NCBI GenBank assembly: GCA_965232465.1
Contig: OZ246977.1
Span: 66,829 to 130,828, forward strand
Length of the DNA: 64,000 bases
DNA from: Alphaproteobacteria bacterium
Lineage (GTDB): Bacteria > Pseudomonadota > Alphaproteobacteria > JAQWUY01
Reading direction: 5' to 3'
Shown here: positions 1 through 9,763 of the stretch, piece after piece
Layout: every line of letters starts with the position of its first letter
Numbering within the stretch: position 1 is the stretch's first letter
Notes under the pieces: model-generated
What the model was told of the DNA's origin: nothing
Databases searched by the model: none
The model's input: the letters and a program-made list of their open reading frames with translations, nothing else
Position numbers and translations under genes: made by a program

Positions 1-2793
1 GGGATTTTGTCCCAAATCCCCCCGCATCAATTGTACCACCGATTCAGGAAATGATATTTCCTTGTCCGGGTTTAATACATCTTTGGGTGTTAGGTTTGAA
101 GTCACCATCATAATTGCCATATCACCAACCACTTTTGAAGAGGGGGTTACCTTGACAATGTCGCCAAACATTTTGTTGACTTCTGCGTACATTTCCGCCA
201 CCTGATGCCAGCGGTCATCGCCGATGCCTAAGGCACGGGCTTGGTGTTTTAGGTTGGTGTATTGTCCCCCTGGCATTTCGTGCAGATACACTTCGGACGC
301 ACCGGATGTGTTGTCCGCTTCAAATGCCCCATATAATCGTCGTATCTGTTGCCAATATGCGGATGCTTGACGGGTGGCATCCCAATTTATGTGCGATGCG
401 TATGGCGTACCTTCCAATAATTTTACCATTGACCCTAACGCTGGTTGTGATGTCATACCTGACATGCTGTCTATGGCACAATCCACCACATCGACACCGG
501 ATTCAATGGCCGTATAATAGGTCGCCCCTGCCACCCCACTGGTATCGTGGCAATGTAGGTGTAAGGGCATCGATATTTCGGATTTTAAAGCCCCTATAAG
601 CATGCGAGCTTGGGCGGGTTTTAACACCCCCGCCATATCTTTTATGGCAAGGATATGGGCACCGGTTTTTTCCAAGTCTTTTGCCATGTTGATATAATAA
701 TCCAGATTAAATTTATCACGGGTTTTGTCGAATAAATCGCCCGTATAACAAAGGGTTGCTTCACATACTGTGCCGGTTTTTAATACGGAATCGATGGCGA
801 CTTTCATATTATCGGTCCAGTTCAAGCTGTCAAATACACGGAAAATATCCAATCCATTATCGGCGGTTTTTTCAATAAAGTATTGCACCGCATTATCCGG
901 ATAGTTTTGGTATCCAACCGCATTGCTGGCCCGTAATAACATTTGTAACATTTGGTTAGGCATTTTTTGTCGTAAATGTTGCAGGCGTTCCCAGGGACAT
1001 TCTTTTAAAAACCGCATGGCGGAATCAAAGGTTGCCCCGCCCCAGCATTCGACGGCAAACAAGGTGTTTAACCTGTGGGCATAAAAAGGGGCAATTTTTT
1101 CCAAATCATATGTACGGATCCGTGTTGCCAATAACGATTGATGGGCATCACGCATGGTGGTGTCCATAATCAATGGGGTTTTGGTATTGCTGAGCCACTT
1201 GGCAAATCCTTTGCCCCCTAATTCCAAGAATATATCACGGGTGCCTTTGGGAATGGGGGCAAATTTATCGTGGGGGGGAACAATAGGGGTTTTTAATACA
1301 GTTGCATCCAAAGGGGGACGGTTTTTGACTTCTGGGTTGCCATTTACCAACACTTCGGATAGGAATGTCAATAACCGTGTTGCCGTGTCCCTGCGTTTTG
1401 GAAAATCAAATAATTCGGGGGTTTGGTCAATAAATTTAGTGGTATATTGTCCCGACAAAAATTTCTCATGCTGTAATAATTGTTGCAAAAATGGTAAATT
1501 GGTTGCCACCCCACGGATACGAAATTCCGCCAAAGCACGCTTCATGCGCATAATCGCCTCTTCGGGGGTTGCCCCATATGCGGTAACTTTTACCAACATC
1601 GAATCATAAAATGGGGTAATTTGTGCCCCTGTGTATGCGGTGCCACCATCCAAACGAATTCCAAAACCTGTTGCGGAACGATATGCATTGATTCGCCCAT
1701 AATCGGGAATAAAATTGTTTTCTGGGTTTTCTGTGGTTACCCGTGATTGCAAGGCGTGGCAGTGCATTTTGATATGGTTTTGTTCTGGCACAGGGCATTC
1801 GGCGGTGCCAATTTCCGCCCCACAAGCGATTAAAATTTGCGATTTTACAATGTCGATACCAGTAATAACCTCCGTAACAGTGTGTTCCACTTGTACCCGT
1901 GGGTTGACTTCGATAAAATAAAATTCCTCAGAATCCTTGTCCATTAAAAATTCTACTGTACCTGCATTTTCGTATTTTACCGCCTGTCCCAATGTAATTG
2001 CCGCCATACACACCGCATTACGGGCATCGGTTTTTAGATAAGGGGCGGGTGCCCGTTCCACCACTTTTTGATTACGCCGTTGAATGGAACAATCCCGTTC
2101 AAACAAGTGGACTAAGTTGTTATGTTTATCCCCAATCAGTTGTACTTCCACATGGCGGGCGTTACGGATAAGTTTTTCAAAGTATACTTCCCCATTGCCA
2201 AACGCTTTTTCCGCCTCAGACGATGCGTCCCGTACATGTTGTTCCACCGTACTTTCGGATTCAATGGCACGCATGCCCCGCCCACCCCCACCCCAAGAGG
2301 CCTTTAACATTACTGGGTATCCTATGTCTTTGGCAATTTTTTTGACCGATTTTATGTCTGATATATCCAAAGGTCCAGATGCAGGTACAACGGGCACGCC
2401 CGCTTGCAGGGCAATTTTACGGGCCGATACTTTGTTGCCCAATTGACGCATGGTTTCTGAACGGGGACCGACAAAGATAATATCATTTTCGGCACATAAA
2501 TCGGCAAATACAGGGTTTTCTGATAAAAATCCATATCCGGGGTGGATGGCACCTGCCCCAACTTGTTGGGCAATGCGGATAATATCGTGCATATCAAGGT
2601 ATGCTTCCAACGGCCCTTTGCCTTCGCCCACTAAATATGCTTCATCTGATTTAAACCTGTGTAATGCAAACCGATCTTCTTGGGCGTAAATGGATACAGT
2701 TTTTAATCCCAATTCATTGGCAGCACGGCTGACACGAATGGCAATTTCACCACGATTGGCGACTAAGATTTTATCGATTGGTAAATATTCCAT
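1..2793 (-). CDS. pyc: Pyruvate carboxylase, N-terminal ~930 aa (3' end runs off the window start)
   Basis: Not in the ORF track because it is open to the window edge. Minus-strand translation from ATG 2793..2791 gives [42 protein letters not shown]. It has biotin-carboxylase motifs ([29 protein letters not shown]). Carboxyltransferase motifs follow ([27 protein letters not shown]). Confidence 0.9.
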   Translation of the reverse strand, partial: [931 protein letters not shown]

Positions 2794-3048
2794 ACTATAC
2801 ATAAAAAAATCTCCTATACTTCAAAATAAGTATAACATGCCTGTATTAGAACACATTATATGTTTTTTATATTTAAGGAAGGGGAACATGAATTTTGTAC
2901 CCCCCTAATATGGAAATATAATATAAAAAATTAAAAATTACAATACATTTTTTTCAATAAGTATTATAATACCATATAAAGTATACAAATCCATACCAAC
3001 AAAAGGAAAAGTTCGGAAAATACCAGAAATTGTAAAAAGGGTATTTTG

Positions 3049-3456
3049 CTAAGTCTTTAATATGAGACTTAGGCTATTTATACAGTATCTTAATCCCCCC
3101 AATTCGGCGGGACCATCGTTAAATACATGTCCCAAATGTGCATTACATGCAGTACATTTCACTTCTATTCTTGGACGATGTATTAAGGAGGTATCTGTGT
3201 GTTCGGACACTGTATTATCGGTTACAGGTTTGGCAAATCCGGGCCATCCACAATGGGTGGGGAATTTCATATCACTGCTGAATAAGGGTTCATCACAACA
3301 GGCACAATGGTATATGCCCTTATCATATGTGTTATTATACGCCCCTGTGTAAGGGCGTTCCGTACCATTTAGGCGGGCAATGTTGTATAATTCTGGGGAT
3401 AAAATCTTTTGCCACTCAGCATCAGATTTATGTTTTAATTTTTTTGTATCAGTCAT
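3049..3456 (-). CDS. msrB: Peptide-methionine (R)-S-oxide reductase MsrB
   Basis: 135 aa with the CxxC zinc motif (CACCDEPLF), GWPGF and HLGHVFNDGP...RYCINS, typical of the SelR/MsrB family. Confidence 0.9.
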   Translation of the reverse strand: MTDTKKLKHKSDAEWQKILSPELYNIARLNGTERPYTGAYNNTYDKGIYHCACCDEPLFSSDMKFPTHCGWPGFAKPVTDNTVSEHTDTSLIHRPRIEVKCTACNAHLGHVFNDGPAELGGLRYCINSLSLILKT

Positions 3457-3536
3457 ATGGGGATTTTATATCAAAACAAAAGGAAGGTCAATACAAGATC
3501 TTCCTTTTGCAGAGTGATATTATATAAAGTGTAAAA

Positions 3537-4844
3537 TTATGCTTTATTTTGCCATTCTGGGTACGCCCGTAATCCGGTTTCAGAAATATCCAAGCCTGCC
3601 ACTTCTTCTGCGTCAGATGCACGGATACCGACAATGAGTTTTACGATATACCATCCAATAACAGAGGAAACAACAACAAATACACCCACAATGACGATAC
3701 CTGTTAATTGTGTAAGTAAAGATATACCGCCGAATATACCAACGGCGAATGTACCCCAGATACCTGCACCTAAGTGTACAGGCACTGCCCCAACCACATC
3801 ATCAATTTTAAGGGTTGCTAACAATCCTGTTAACAGGGTTGTAAGTATACCCCCCACGGCACCAATAATAACCGCATCCGTTGGTGAAAATAAATCCGCC
3901 CCCCCGGTCACAGATACCAAACCAGCAAGGGCACTGTTTAACACCAAGGTTACATCAACTGTTTTTGCAGTAAATGTTAAATATAAATATGTTGCAATGA
4001 CACCTGCGGCACCGCCCAGAGTGGTTACAACATATACATGCCCCATGGTGATAATGTTGTCCGCAGAATCAATTACCAATACAGACCCACCATTAAATCC
4101 ATACCACCCCATCCAAAGGATTAAGGTGCCAATTGTTACCATGGGAACATGGGAGGGTACAAAATCCCCAGCGGTTTCCTTGTCAAAACGCCCTTTTCTG
4201 GCACCTAGTAAAATAACGCCCACAAGTGCCGCCCAACCCCCAGTTGAGTGTACAATGGTCGTACCCGCAAAATCATGAAATCCTATGTCTGCCAAGTATC
4301 CACCACCCCAAGTCAATGCCCCAACGATGGGGTAAATTAAACCGGTTAAAATCAAAGTAAACAGCATAAATCCGCTAATACGCACCCGTTCTGCAACAGC
4401 ACCAGAAATAATCGATGCGGTTGCGGCAACGAATGTTAATTGAAAGAAAAAGTCAGTCATTTTGGTTGTACCTGTGTAATCCCCCGCTTGTTCCCCTTTG
4501 TAGCCCACGAAAACATCGGCAAAGTTGCCAATAAATGCCCCCACATCGGAATACATAATCGAATACCCCCATGCGTAATAAATCAATGCAGAAATACTGA
4601 ATACACTGATGTTTTTCAGACAAATAACCGCTGCATTTTTCGATCGGACGGAACCCGCTTCTAACATAGCAAAGCCCGCTTTCATCCAGAATACTAAAAT
4701 CCCAGACATTAACATGGCGAAGCTATTTAAAATGTATCCTGCTTCTGTGCCTTCGATTGTGCCCGCCATTGCAACCGTAGGTGCAGTAAACAGAGCTGTT
4801 ATACCTAATACTTTTTTTAACATAGAAATACTCCTTTTCTTCAT
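3537..4844 (-). CDS. amtB: Ammonium transporter (Amt family)
   Basis: 435 aa polytopic membrane protein with an N-terminal signal (TAPTVAMA). Amt-type motifs are present (FAGTTIVHSTGGWAAL, LILWMGWYGFNGGS, VHLGAGIWG). Confidence 0.9.
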   Translation of the reverse strand: MKKRSISMLKKVLGITALFTAPTVAMAGTIEGTEAGYILNSFAMLMSGILVFWMKAGFAMLEAGSVRSKNAAVICLKNISVFSISALIYYAWGYSIMYSDVGAFIGNFADVFVGYKGEQAGDYTGTTKMTDFFFQLTFVAATASIISGAVAERVRISGFMLFTLILTGLIYPIVGALTWGGGYLADIGFHDFAGTTIVHSTGGWAALVGVILLGARKGRFDKETAGDFVPSHVPMVTIGTLILWMGWYGFNGGSVLVIDSADNIITMGHVYVVTTLGGAAGVIATYLYLTFTAKTVDVTLVLNSALAGLVSVTGGADLFSPTDAVIIGAVGGILTTLLTGLLATLKIDDVVGAVPVHLGAGIWGTFAVGIFGGISLLTQLTGIVIVGVFVVVSSVIGWYIVKLIVGIRASDAEEVAGLDISETGLRAYPEWQNKA

Positions 4845-4952
4845 TTTGTAATACTATATTTTTATATATGCTAAAATATATACAGGAATATATTATGCAA
4901 AATGCGTGCCATAAAATTAAACAGTGTGTTTAGGTATTCATATATGGGATGC

Positions 4953-5834
4953 TTATATTTTAGTTGCAATTTTTGCCCAAAAATTATGCATTATTAATGT
5001 ATTAAGGGCATTTTGTGCAGTTTTTATGCTGTTATATATTCCGAAACAACATGCTCCACTGCCTGAAATATTAACATAATCAGCGTGCGTGTTTTGTATG
5101 ATATGCAGGCATTTTTGTACTTCTGGGTATAAGGATACACAAATTGGCATCAAATCGTTTTGCCCTTGCTGTAAGTATTGTATAAGGGATTTATAATCCA
5201 TATTTTCCGGGGGGGGGTAAGTCGTTGAGAAAGTACCATGTGTGGCAAAATGTTTGTATATATCACCCGTCATGACCTGTGTATGGGGAAAGGCGATGAC
5301 ACCAAAAAATGGGGGTAAGGAAACAGGGGCAAACACATCGCCTATACCCGTTATAAAGCCCTCTTGTTGGCGAACACACATGGGAATGTCGGCCCCCAAG
5401 GATGCCATCTGTACAGCGTCAGGAATATCGATGTTCCAAAAGCTAGATAATGCACGAATCGTACCACCGGCGTTACTAGCCCCCCCTCCAATGCCCCCCC
5501 CCACAGGCAGATTTTTTTCAATATGTACCTGACATCCATATGAAATATCCGGGCGAATCATGTGTATGGCACGGGCAACTAAATTGTCGGTGGTATGGGG
5601 AATATGGGGGGCAAAATCGCCACTGACTGATATAGTAATTGTGCCTTGTGTATTCGGTGTAAGGGTGATTTTATCATAAATATTGACGAACGATACCAGT
5701 GATTCAATAAGGTGATACCCTACAAATGGAGGATGGATTTTTTTCCCTGATATATGTAGGCTCAGATTTAATTTTGCCGGTGTGTATATTTCCAAAGGTG
5801 GGGGCGTAGCAATGGGGGATGTGTATCTGTTCAC
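4953..5834 (-). CDS. ispE: 4-diphosphocytidyl-2-C-methyl-D-erythritol kinase
   Basis: 293 aa with N-terminal AKLNLSLHI and the GHMP-kinase loop PVGGGIGGGASNAGG. Confidence 0.85.
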   Translation of the reverse strand: MNRYTSPIATPPPLEIYTPAKLNLSLHISGKKIHPPFVGYHLIESLVSFVNIYDKITLTPNTQGTITISVSGDFAPHIPHTTDNLVARAIHMIRPDISYGCQVHIEKNLPVGGGIGGGASNAGGTIRALSSFWNIDIPDAVQMASLGADIPMCVRQQEGFITGIGDVFAPVSLPPFFGVIAFPHTQVMTGDIYKHFATHGTFSTTYPPPENMDYKSLIQYLQQGQNDLMPICVSLYPEVQKCLHIIQNTHADYVNISGSGACCFGIYNSIKTAQNALNTLIMHNFWAKIATKI

Positions 5835-5899
5835 AAGATTTTTTAACCATATTTTAATTATAAAATGTTTTTAAGTGATGTATATTATCAATTAAAATG

Positions 5900-5928
5900 T
5901 TGACTTTGTCAAAAATATTTATTATAAA
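5900..5928 (+). promoter_or_regulatory. Sigma-70-like promoter upstream of rpmJ
   Basis: TTGACT (5900-5905), a 17-nt spacer, then TATAAA (5923-5928), about 37 nt upstream of the rpmJ ATG. Confidence 0.45.
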
Positions 5929-5964
5929 GCGTTCAGTATTATTATTTATTTTAAGGAAAAAACA

Positions 5965-6090
5965 ATGAAAGTTGCAAGCTCATTAAAAACATTAAAAAAC
6001 CGTGATAAGGATTGTCAAGTTGTCCGCCGTCGTGGTCGTGTGTATGTTATTAACAAAAAGAACCCCCGGTTTAAGGCAAGACAAGGATAA
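5965..6090 (+). CDS. rpmJ: 50S ribosomal protein L36 (41 aa)
   Basis: Below the ORF-track size cutoff. Hand translation gives [41 protein letters not shown], followed by TAA. Confidence 0.85.
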   Translation: MKVASSLKTLKNRDKDCQVVRRRGRVYVINKKNPRFKARQG

Positions 6091-6125
6091 TATTCCCATA
6101 CAAAGTGAATTGTTATACCATATAT

Positions 6126-6155
6126 AAAAAAGCATCCTTATTGGGAGGCTTTTTT
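6126..6155 (+). terminator. Probable intrinsic terminator after rpmJ
   Basis: aaaaaGCATCCttattGGGAGGCtttttt: an imperfect GC stem flanked by an A-run and a T-run. Confidence 0.4.
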
Positions 6156-6178
6156 ATTACATTCGAAGAAAGAAAAGC

Positions 6179-6883
6179 ATGAAAATTTGTATTTTGCATA
6201 TTGGACATATGACCGATGCAGATAACGCCAGAAATCCCCCATCTTATATTCGATTTCAACGGGGTATTGATCCGTTTATTGATGTGGAGTGGATAAAAAT
6301 TGCGGCGTTGGAAGAACCATTGCCTGAAAACCCTTATGATTTTGATGGATATTTGATTACGGGGGGAAATCAGACTGTATACGAAGATCACCCATGGCAA
6401 AACCGTTTAATGGATTTTATTCGTGTACTACACAAAGAAAAGATTCCTTTGGTTGGTGTGTGTTATGGGCATCAGGCGATTGCCCATGCGTTGGGGGGTA
6501 TTGTGGAATTATCGGAAAAAGGATATGGCATCGGTATTAAGGATTGTCAGGTGATTTATAAACCTGATTGGATGCAGCATGCCCCTGAAACAGTAAGCCT
6601 GTATTCCATGCATAAACAACAGGTGAAAAAATTACCTGAGGGGGCAATATCCTTTTTAACCAGTGATTTTTGTAAAGAAGCGGGATTTGTGATTGGTAAT
6701 CATATGTTTGCAATTCAACAGCACCCTGATTTTAATGCGGAGGTCAGTCGGGAGCTGATTGAAAAACGCCATGACCAAATGGTTGGTATAGCCGATAAGG
6801 CTTTAAAATCATTGACCCGTCCCCATCACACAGAATTGTCCTGTCAATGGATAGCCGACTTCTTCGCACAACATAAGCAATAA
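6179..6883 (+). CDS. Class-I glutamine amidotransferase-like protein (GMP-synthase-type GATase domain only)
   Basis: 234 aa with the nucleophile-elbow motif GVCYGHQAIAHALGG and a downstream QQHPDF (His of the triad). Confidence 0.75.
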   Translation: MKICILHIGHMTDADNARNPPSYIRFQRGIDPFIDVEWIKIAALEEPLPENPYDFDGYLITGGNQTVYEDHPWQNRLMDFIRVLHKEKIPLVGVCYGHQAIAHALGGIVELSEKGYGIGIKDCQVIYKPDWMQHAPETVSLYSMHKQQVKKLPEGAISFLTSDFCKEAGFVIGNHMFAIQQHPDFNAEVSRELIEKRHDQMVGIADKALKSLTRPHHTELSCQWIADFFAQHKQ

Positions 6884-6963
6884 TAGTACAAGTTTATAAT
6901 GATGGGCTGTATATTTATATCTTATTGTTTGTCTGTGTACATATGGGATTGATACATATAGTC

Positions 6964-7194
6964 AATCCGGTATAAAATGATTCACCATAATTATACTGCA
7001 CATTTTATTTTGTTGGTTATATGGTGAGTCTAAGGGGCTAACGCCCCTCGTGCGTTTGATGTGGATTTTACCATGCTTTGCATGACAAAATACCACACGC
7101 ACTCACCCCGCTCTGCACCACAATGCCACTGCGTGGCAAGCGGTTGCAACCGCATTTAGTCAATCAAATTAAATTTAATTGACTATACTGGATT
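6964..7194 (+). mobile_element. MITE-like repeat, copy 1 (full length, with terminal inverted repeats)
   Basis: No ORF. The ends are aatccggtata and tatactggatt, an 11-bp TIR with 1 mismatch. The core is near-identical to 14035-14239 and to the reverse complement of 23466-23681. Confidence 0.7.
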
Positions 7195-7288
7195 ATCCGT
7201 CGATTATGCCCGTGCCCATGGGGGCATATGCCACCATGAATACAATCATAAATATGATAATACCATATGCGTATATTTTGTGTATCAT
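7193..7288 (-). CDS. Hypothetical 31-aa hydrophobic peptide
   Basis: Hand translation gives MIHKIYAYGIIIFMIVFMVAYAPMGTGIIDG. An AAGAGGATAAGGA Shine-Dalgarno-like tract lies just upstream. The stop codon lies inside the right TIR of MITE copy 1. There is no homology evidence. Confidence 0.25.
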   Translation of the reverse strand: MIHKIYAYGIIIFMIVFMVAYAPMGTGIIDG

Positions 7289-7523
7289 TATCCTTATCCT
7301 CTTAATTTAAAATATCCCCATAAAAAACAAGTTATAATAAGATATAGCCCATATCATGGGATTAGGTTTTGTATGTCATATGTATACATTGTACATAAAA
7401 TAAAAGTCATGTCAAGAAAAAAACATATAAAAAAAGGTGTACCCAAAAAATACATTATTTTTAGTGTTATTTTATTTTTTATCATAAGTTATATAAAAGG
7501 CAAAAAATCTATGAAAAATATGC

Positions 7524-7552
7524 TTGACTCCTGATATGAAATACACTATAAG
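7524..7552 (+). promoter_or_regulatory. Sigma-70-like promoter upstream of rpsM
   Basis: TTGACT (7524-7529), a 17-nt spacer, then TATAAG (7547-7552). This would give a leader of about 130 nt before the rpsM ATG. Confidence 0.45.
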
Positions 7553-7688
7553 ACTGTACCTGTGTTTTTACATGGGGGGTGGTTATGCGGGGGCATTGCA
7601 ACATGCAGTACAAGAATAGCGTACCCACCTGCGTTGAGATAGGGGATAGGCCCCTGTTTAGCATAAAATTTATAAAGGACATTAATAT

Positions 7689-8057
7689 ATGGCTCGTATA
7701 TCTGGTGTAAATATCCCAACTGACAAACGGGTGGCGGTATCACTAACATACATTTATGGTATCGGTTCGACAGTGGCAAAAGAAATTTGTGCCAAAGCCG
7801 ACATCGGTGAATTAGAACGCATCAAGGATTTATCTGATGAAAAATTAACAAAGATTCGTGAAATTATCGACACAGATTACATGGTCGAAGGGGATTTACG
7901 GCGTAAAGTATCTCTGGATATTAAACGCCTGTTGGATTTGGGTTGTTATCGGGGTTTACGACATCGTAAACGCTTGCCTGTACGGGGACAACGCACCAAA
8001 ACAAACGCCCGTACCCGTAAGGGTAAATCTGTTCCAATTGCTGGTAAAAAGAAATAA
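7689..8057 (+). CDS. rpsM: 30S ribosomal protein S13
   Basis: 122 aa, [26 protein letters not shown]...[24 protein letters not shown]. Confidence 0.97.
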   Translation: MARISGVNIPTDKRVAVSLTYIYGIGSTVAKEICAKADIGELERIKDLSDEKLTKIREIIDTDYMVEGDLRRKVSLDIKRLLDLGCYRGLRHRKRLPVRGQRTKTNARTRKGKSVPIAGKKK

Positions 8058-8073
8058 GGAAAGGGCGTAAATA

Positions 8074-8460
8074 ATGGCAAGAGCACCTATTCGTAAACGG
8101 CGTGAAAAAAAGAATGTTGTCGCAGGCGTGGCACATATCAATTCCACATTTAATAATACTATGATTACTATTACTGATATAAAGGGCAATGTAATTTCTT
8201 GGTCTTCTGCGGGGATGCAGGGATTTAAAGGATCCAGAAAATCCACACCTTATGCGGCACAAATTGCGGCGGAAGATGCGGGTAAAAAAGCCCAAGAACA
8301 TGGTATCAAAAGTCTTGAAGTCAATGTAAAAGGTCCTGGTTCTGGTCGTGAATCAGCTCTGCGGGCATTACATGCCCTGGGCATTGCAATTACGACAATT
8401 CGTGATGTAACACCTATTCCACACAATGGATGTCGTCCCCGTAAACGCCGTCGTGTATAA
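8074..8460 (+). CDS. rpsK: 30S ribosomal protein S11
   Basis: 128 aa, ...[41 protein letters not shown]...[18 protein letters not shown]. Confidence 0.97.
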   Translation: MARAPIRKRREKKNVVAGVAHINSTFNNTMITITDIKGNVISWSSAGMQGFKGSRKSTPYAAQIAAEDAGKKAQEHGIKSLEVNVKGPGSGRESALRALHALGIAITTIRDVTPIPHNGCRPRKRRRV

Positions 8461-8595
8461 TTGGGGGGCTTTCCATAAACCCACAAGCATTTGTATTGTT
8501 CGGGTGCCATGGGGTCTTATGTGTGTATAAAGGTATTGTCAACCTATAACATGGGGACGAATGGATGGTTCCCATACAATTCAAGGAGTATATTT

Positions 8596-9636
8596 ATGAC
8601 AGAAAACACTATTCACAAAAACGATCAAAAAAACTGGCGAGAATTGATTAAACCGGACAGTTTGATCATGTCCGCAGGGATTAACCCAAACCGTAATGCA
8701 ACTTTTGTTGCCGAACCCTTGGAACGAGGTTTTGGTTTAACCTTAGGTAACGCCCTTCGTCGGGTGTTGTTGTCGTCCCTACAAGGGGCGGCGGTAAAGG
8801 GCATTCATATTCAAGGGGTATTGCATGAATTTTCCAATATCGCCGGTGTCAAAGAAGATGTAACCGATATTGTTTTGAATGTAAAAGCCTTGGCAATCAG
8901 CATGAAAGACTTGACCGATAAACGCATGTCGTTATCTGCGGTGGGACCATGTGAAGTAACCGCTGATCACATCGAATTACCAGGGGATGTGGAAATTAAG
9001 AATCCTGATTTGGTCATTTGCACCTTGGAAGAGGGGGCAAAAATTAACATCGATTTTATTATTGGTCGTGGTAAAGGATATGTATCGGCGGCAAAAAATC
9101 GCACAGAGGATTCCCCCATCGGCTTTATTCCTGTGGATTCCATATTTTCACCCGTACGGCAGGTATCATACAAAGTGGAAAATACCCGTGTGGGGGAAAA
9201 CACCGATTATGATAAGTTGTCCATGAAGGTCGAAACCAATGGTGTTATTATCCCCGAACGTGCAATTGAATTGGCGGCACGGATTTTACAAGACCAATTG
9301 CAATCCTTTATTAATTTTGAAGATCCTGATGCGTTGATTGAAGAAAAGGGTGTGGAAGAATTACCATTCAGTCCAAGTCTGTTACGCAAAGTCGAAGAAT
9401 TGGAATTATCCGTGCGTTCGGCAAATTGTTTAAAAAATGCCAATATCGGATATATTGGCGAATTGGTAAAAATGACTGAAATGGATTTGTTACGCACGCC
9501 AAATTTTGGACGGAAATCTTTGAATGAGATTAAAGAAGTGTTATCCACAATGGAATTATCACTGGGTATGCAGGTGGATAATTTCCCCCCAGAAAACATC
9601 GAAGAATTGGCAAAACGAGTCGAAGATATTTACTAA
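8596..9636 (+). CDS. rpoA: DNA-directed RNA polymerase subunit alpha
   Basis: The ORF is open from 8491, but AAGGAG at 8583-8588 precedes the ATG at 8596 ([20 protein letters not shown]). The N-terminal domain ([12 protein letters not shown]) and the C-terminal domain ([23 protein letters not shown]) are recognisable. Confidence 0.93.
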   Translation: MTENTIHKNDQKNWRELIKPDSLIMSAGINPNRNATFVAEPLERGFGLTLGNALRRVLLSSLQGAAVKGIHIQGVLHEFSNIAGVKEDVTDIVLNVKALAISMKDLTDKRMSLSAVGPCEVTADHIELPGDVEIKNPDLVICTLEEGAKINIDFIIGRGKGYVSAAKNRTEDSPIGFIPVDSIFSPVRQVSYKVENTRVGENTDYDKLSMKVETNGVIIPERAIELAARILQDQLQSFINFEDPDALIEEKGVEELPFSPSLLRKVEELELSVRSANCLKNANIGYIGELVKMTEMDLLRTPNFGRKSLNEIKEVLSTMELSLGMQVDNFPPENIEELAKRVEDIY

Positions 9637-9692
9637 TATCGTATAAAACCAGAAATCCCCCTAAGCCCTTAAAAAAATAACTATTCAAAAGT

Positions 9693-9732
9693 AAAAGTCC
9701 ATACAGTATTTATACTTATATGGACTTTTTTG
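9693..9732. terminator. Bidirectional intrinsic terminator between convergent rpoA and the formate dehydrogenase gene
   Basis: aaaaGTCCATAcagtatttatactTATGGACtttttt: a perfect stem with an A-run on one side and a T-run on the other. Confidence 0.6.
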
Positions 9733-9763
9733 GTTTTCTGTGTGTCTTAAATTTAATGCCCAC

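Noticed and set aside
7280-7534. 84-aa plus-strand ORF upstream of rpsM
   Set aside because: It lies in AT-rich promoter DNA and is Lys/Ile/Tyr-rich and low-complexity. It overlaps the predicted rpsM promoter and shows no recognisable motif.
8491-8595. N-terminal extensions suggested by the ORF track (rpoA from 8491; also the phosphohexomutase to 41222, pgpA to 60592, ispF to 61002, potD to 15339, and the HpaB-like gene to 13895)
   Set aside because: The extensions overlap upstream genes or promoters, lack an SD, and add non-homologous residues. Internal ATGs with an SD or a family-typical N-terminus were preferred.
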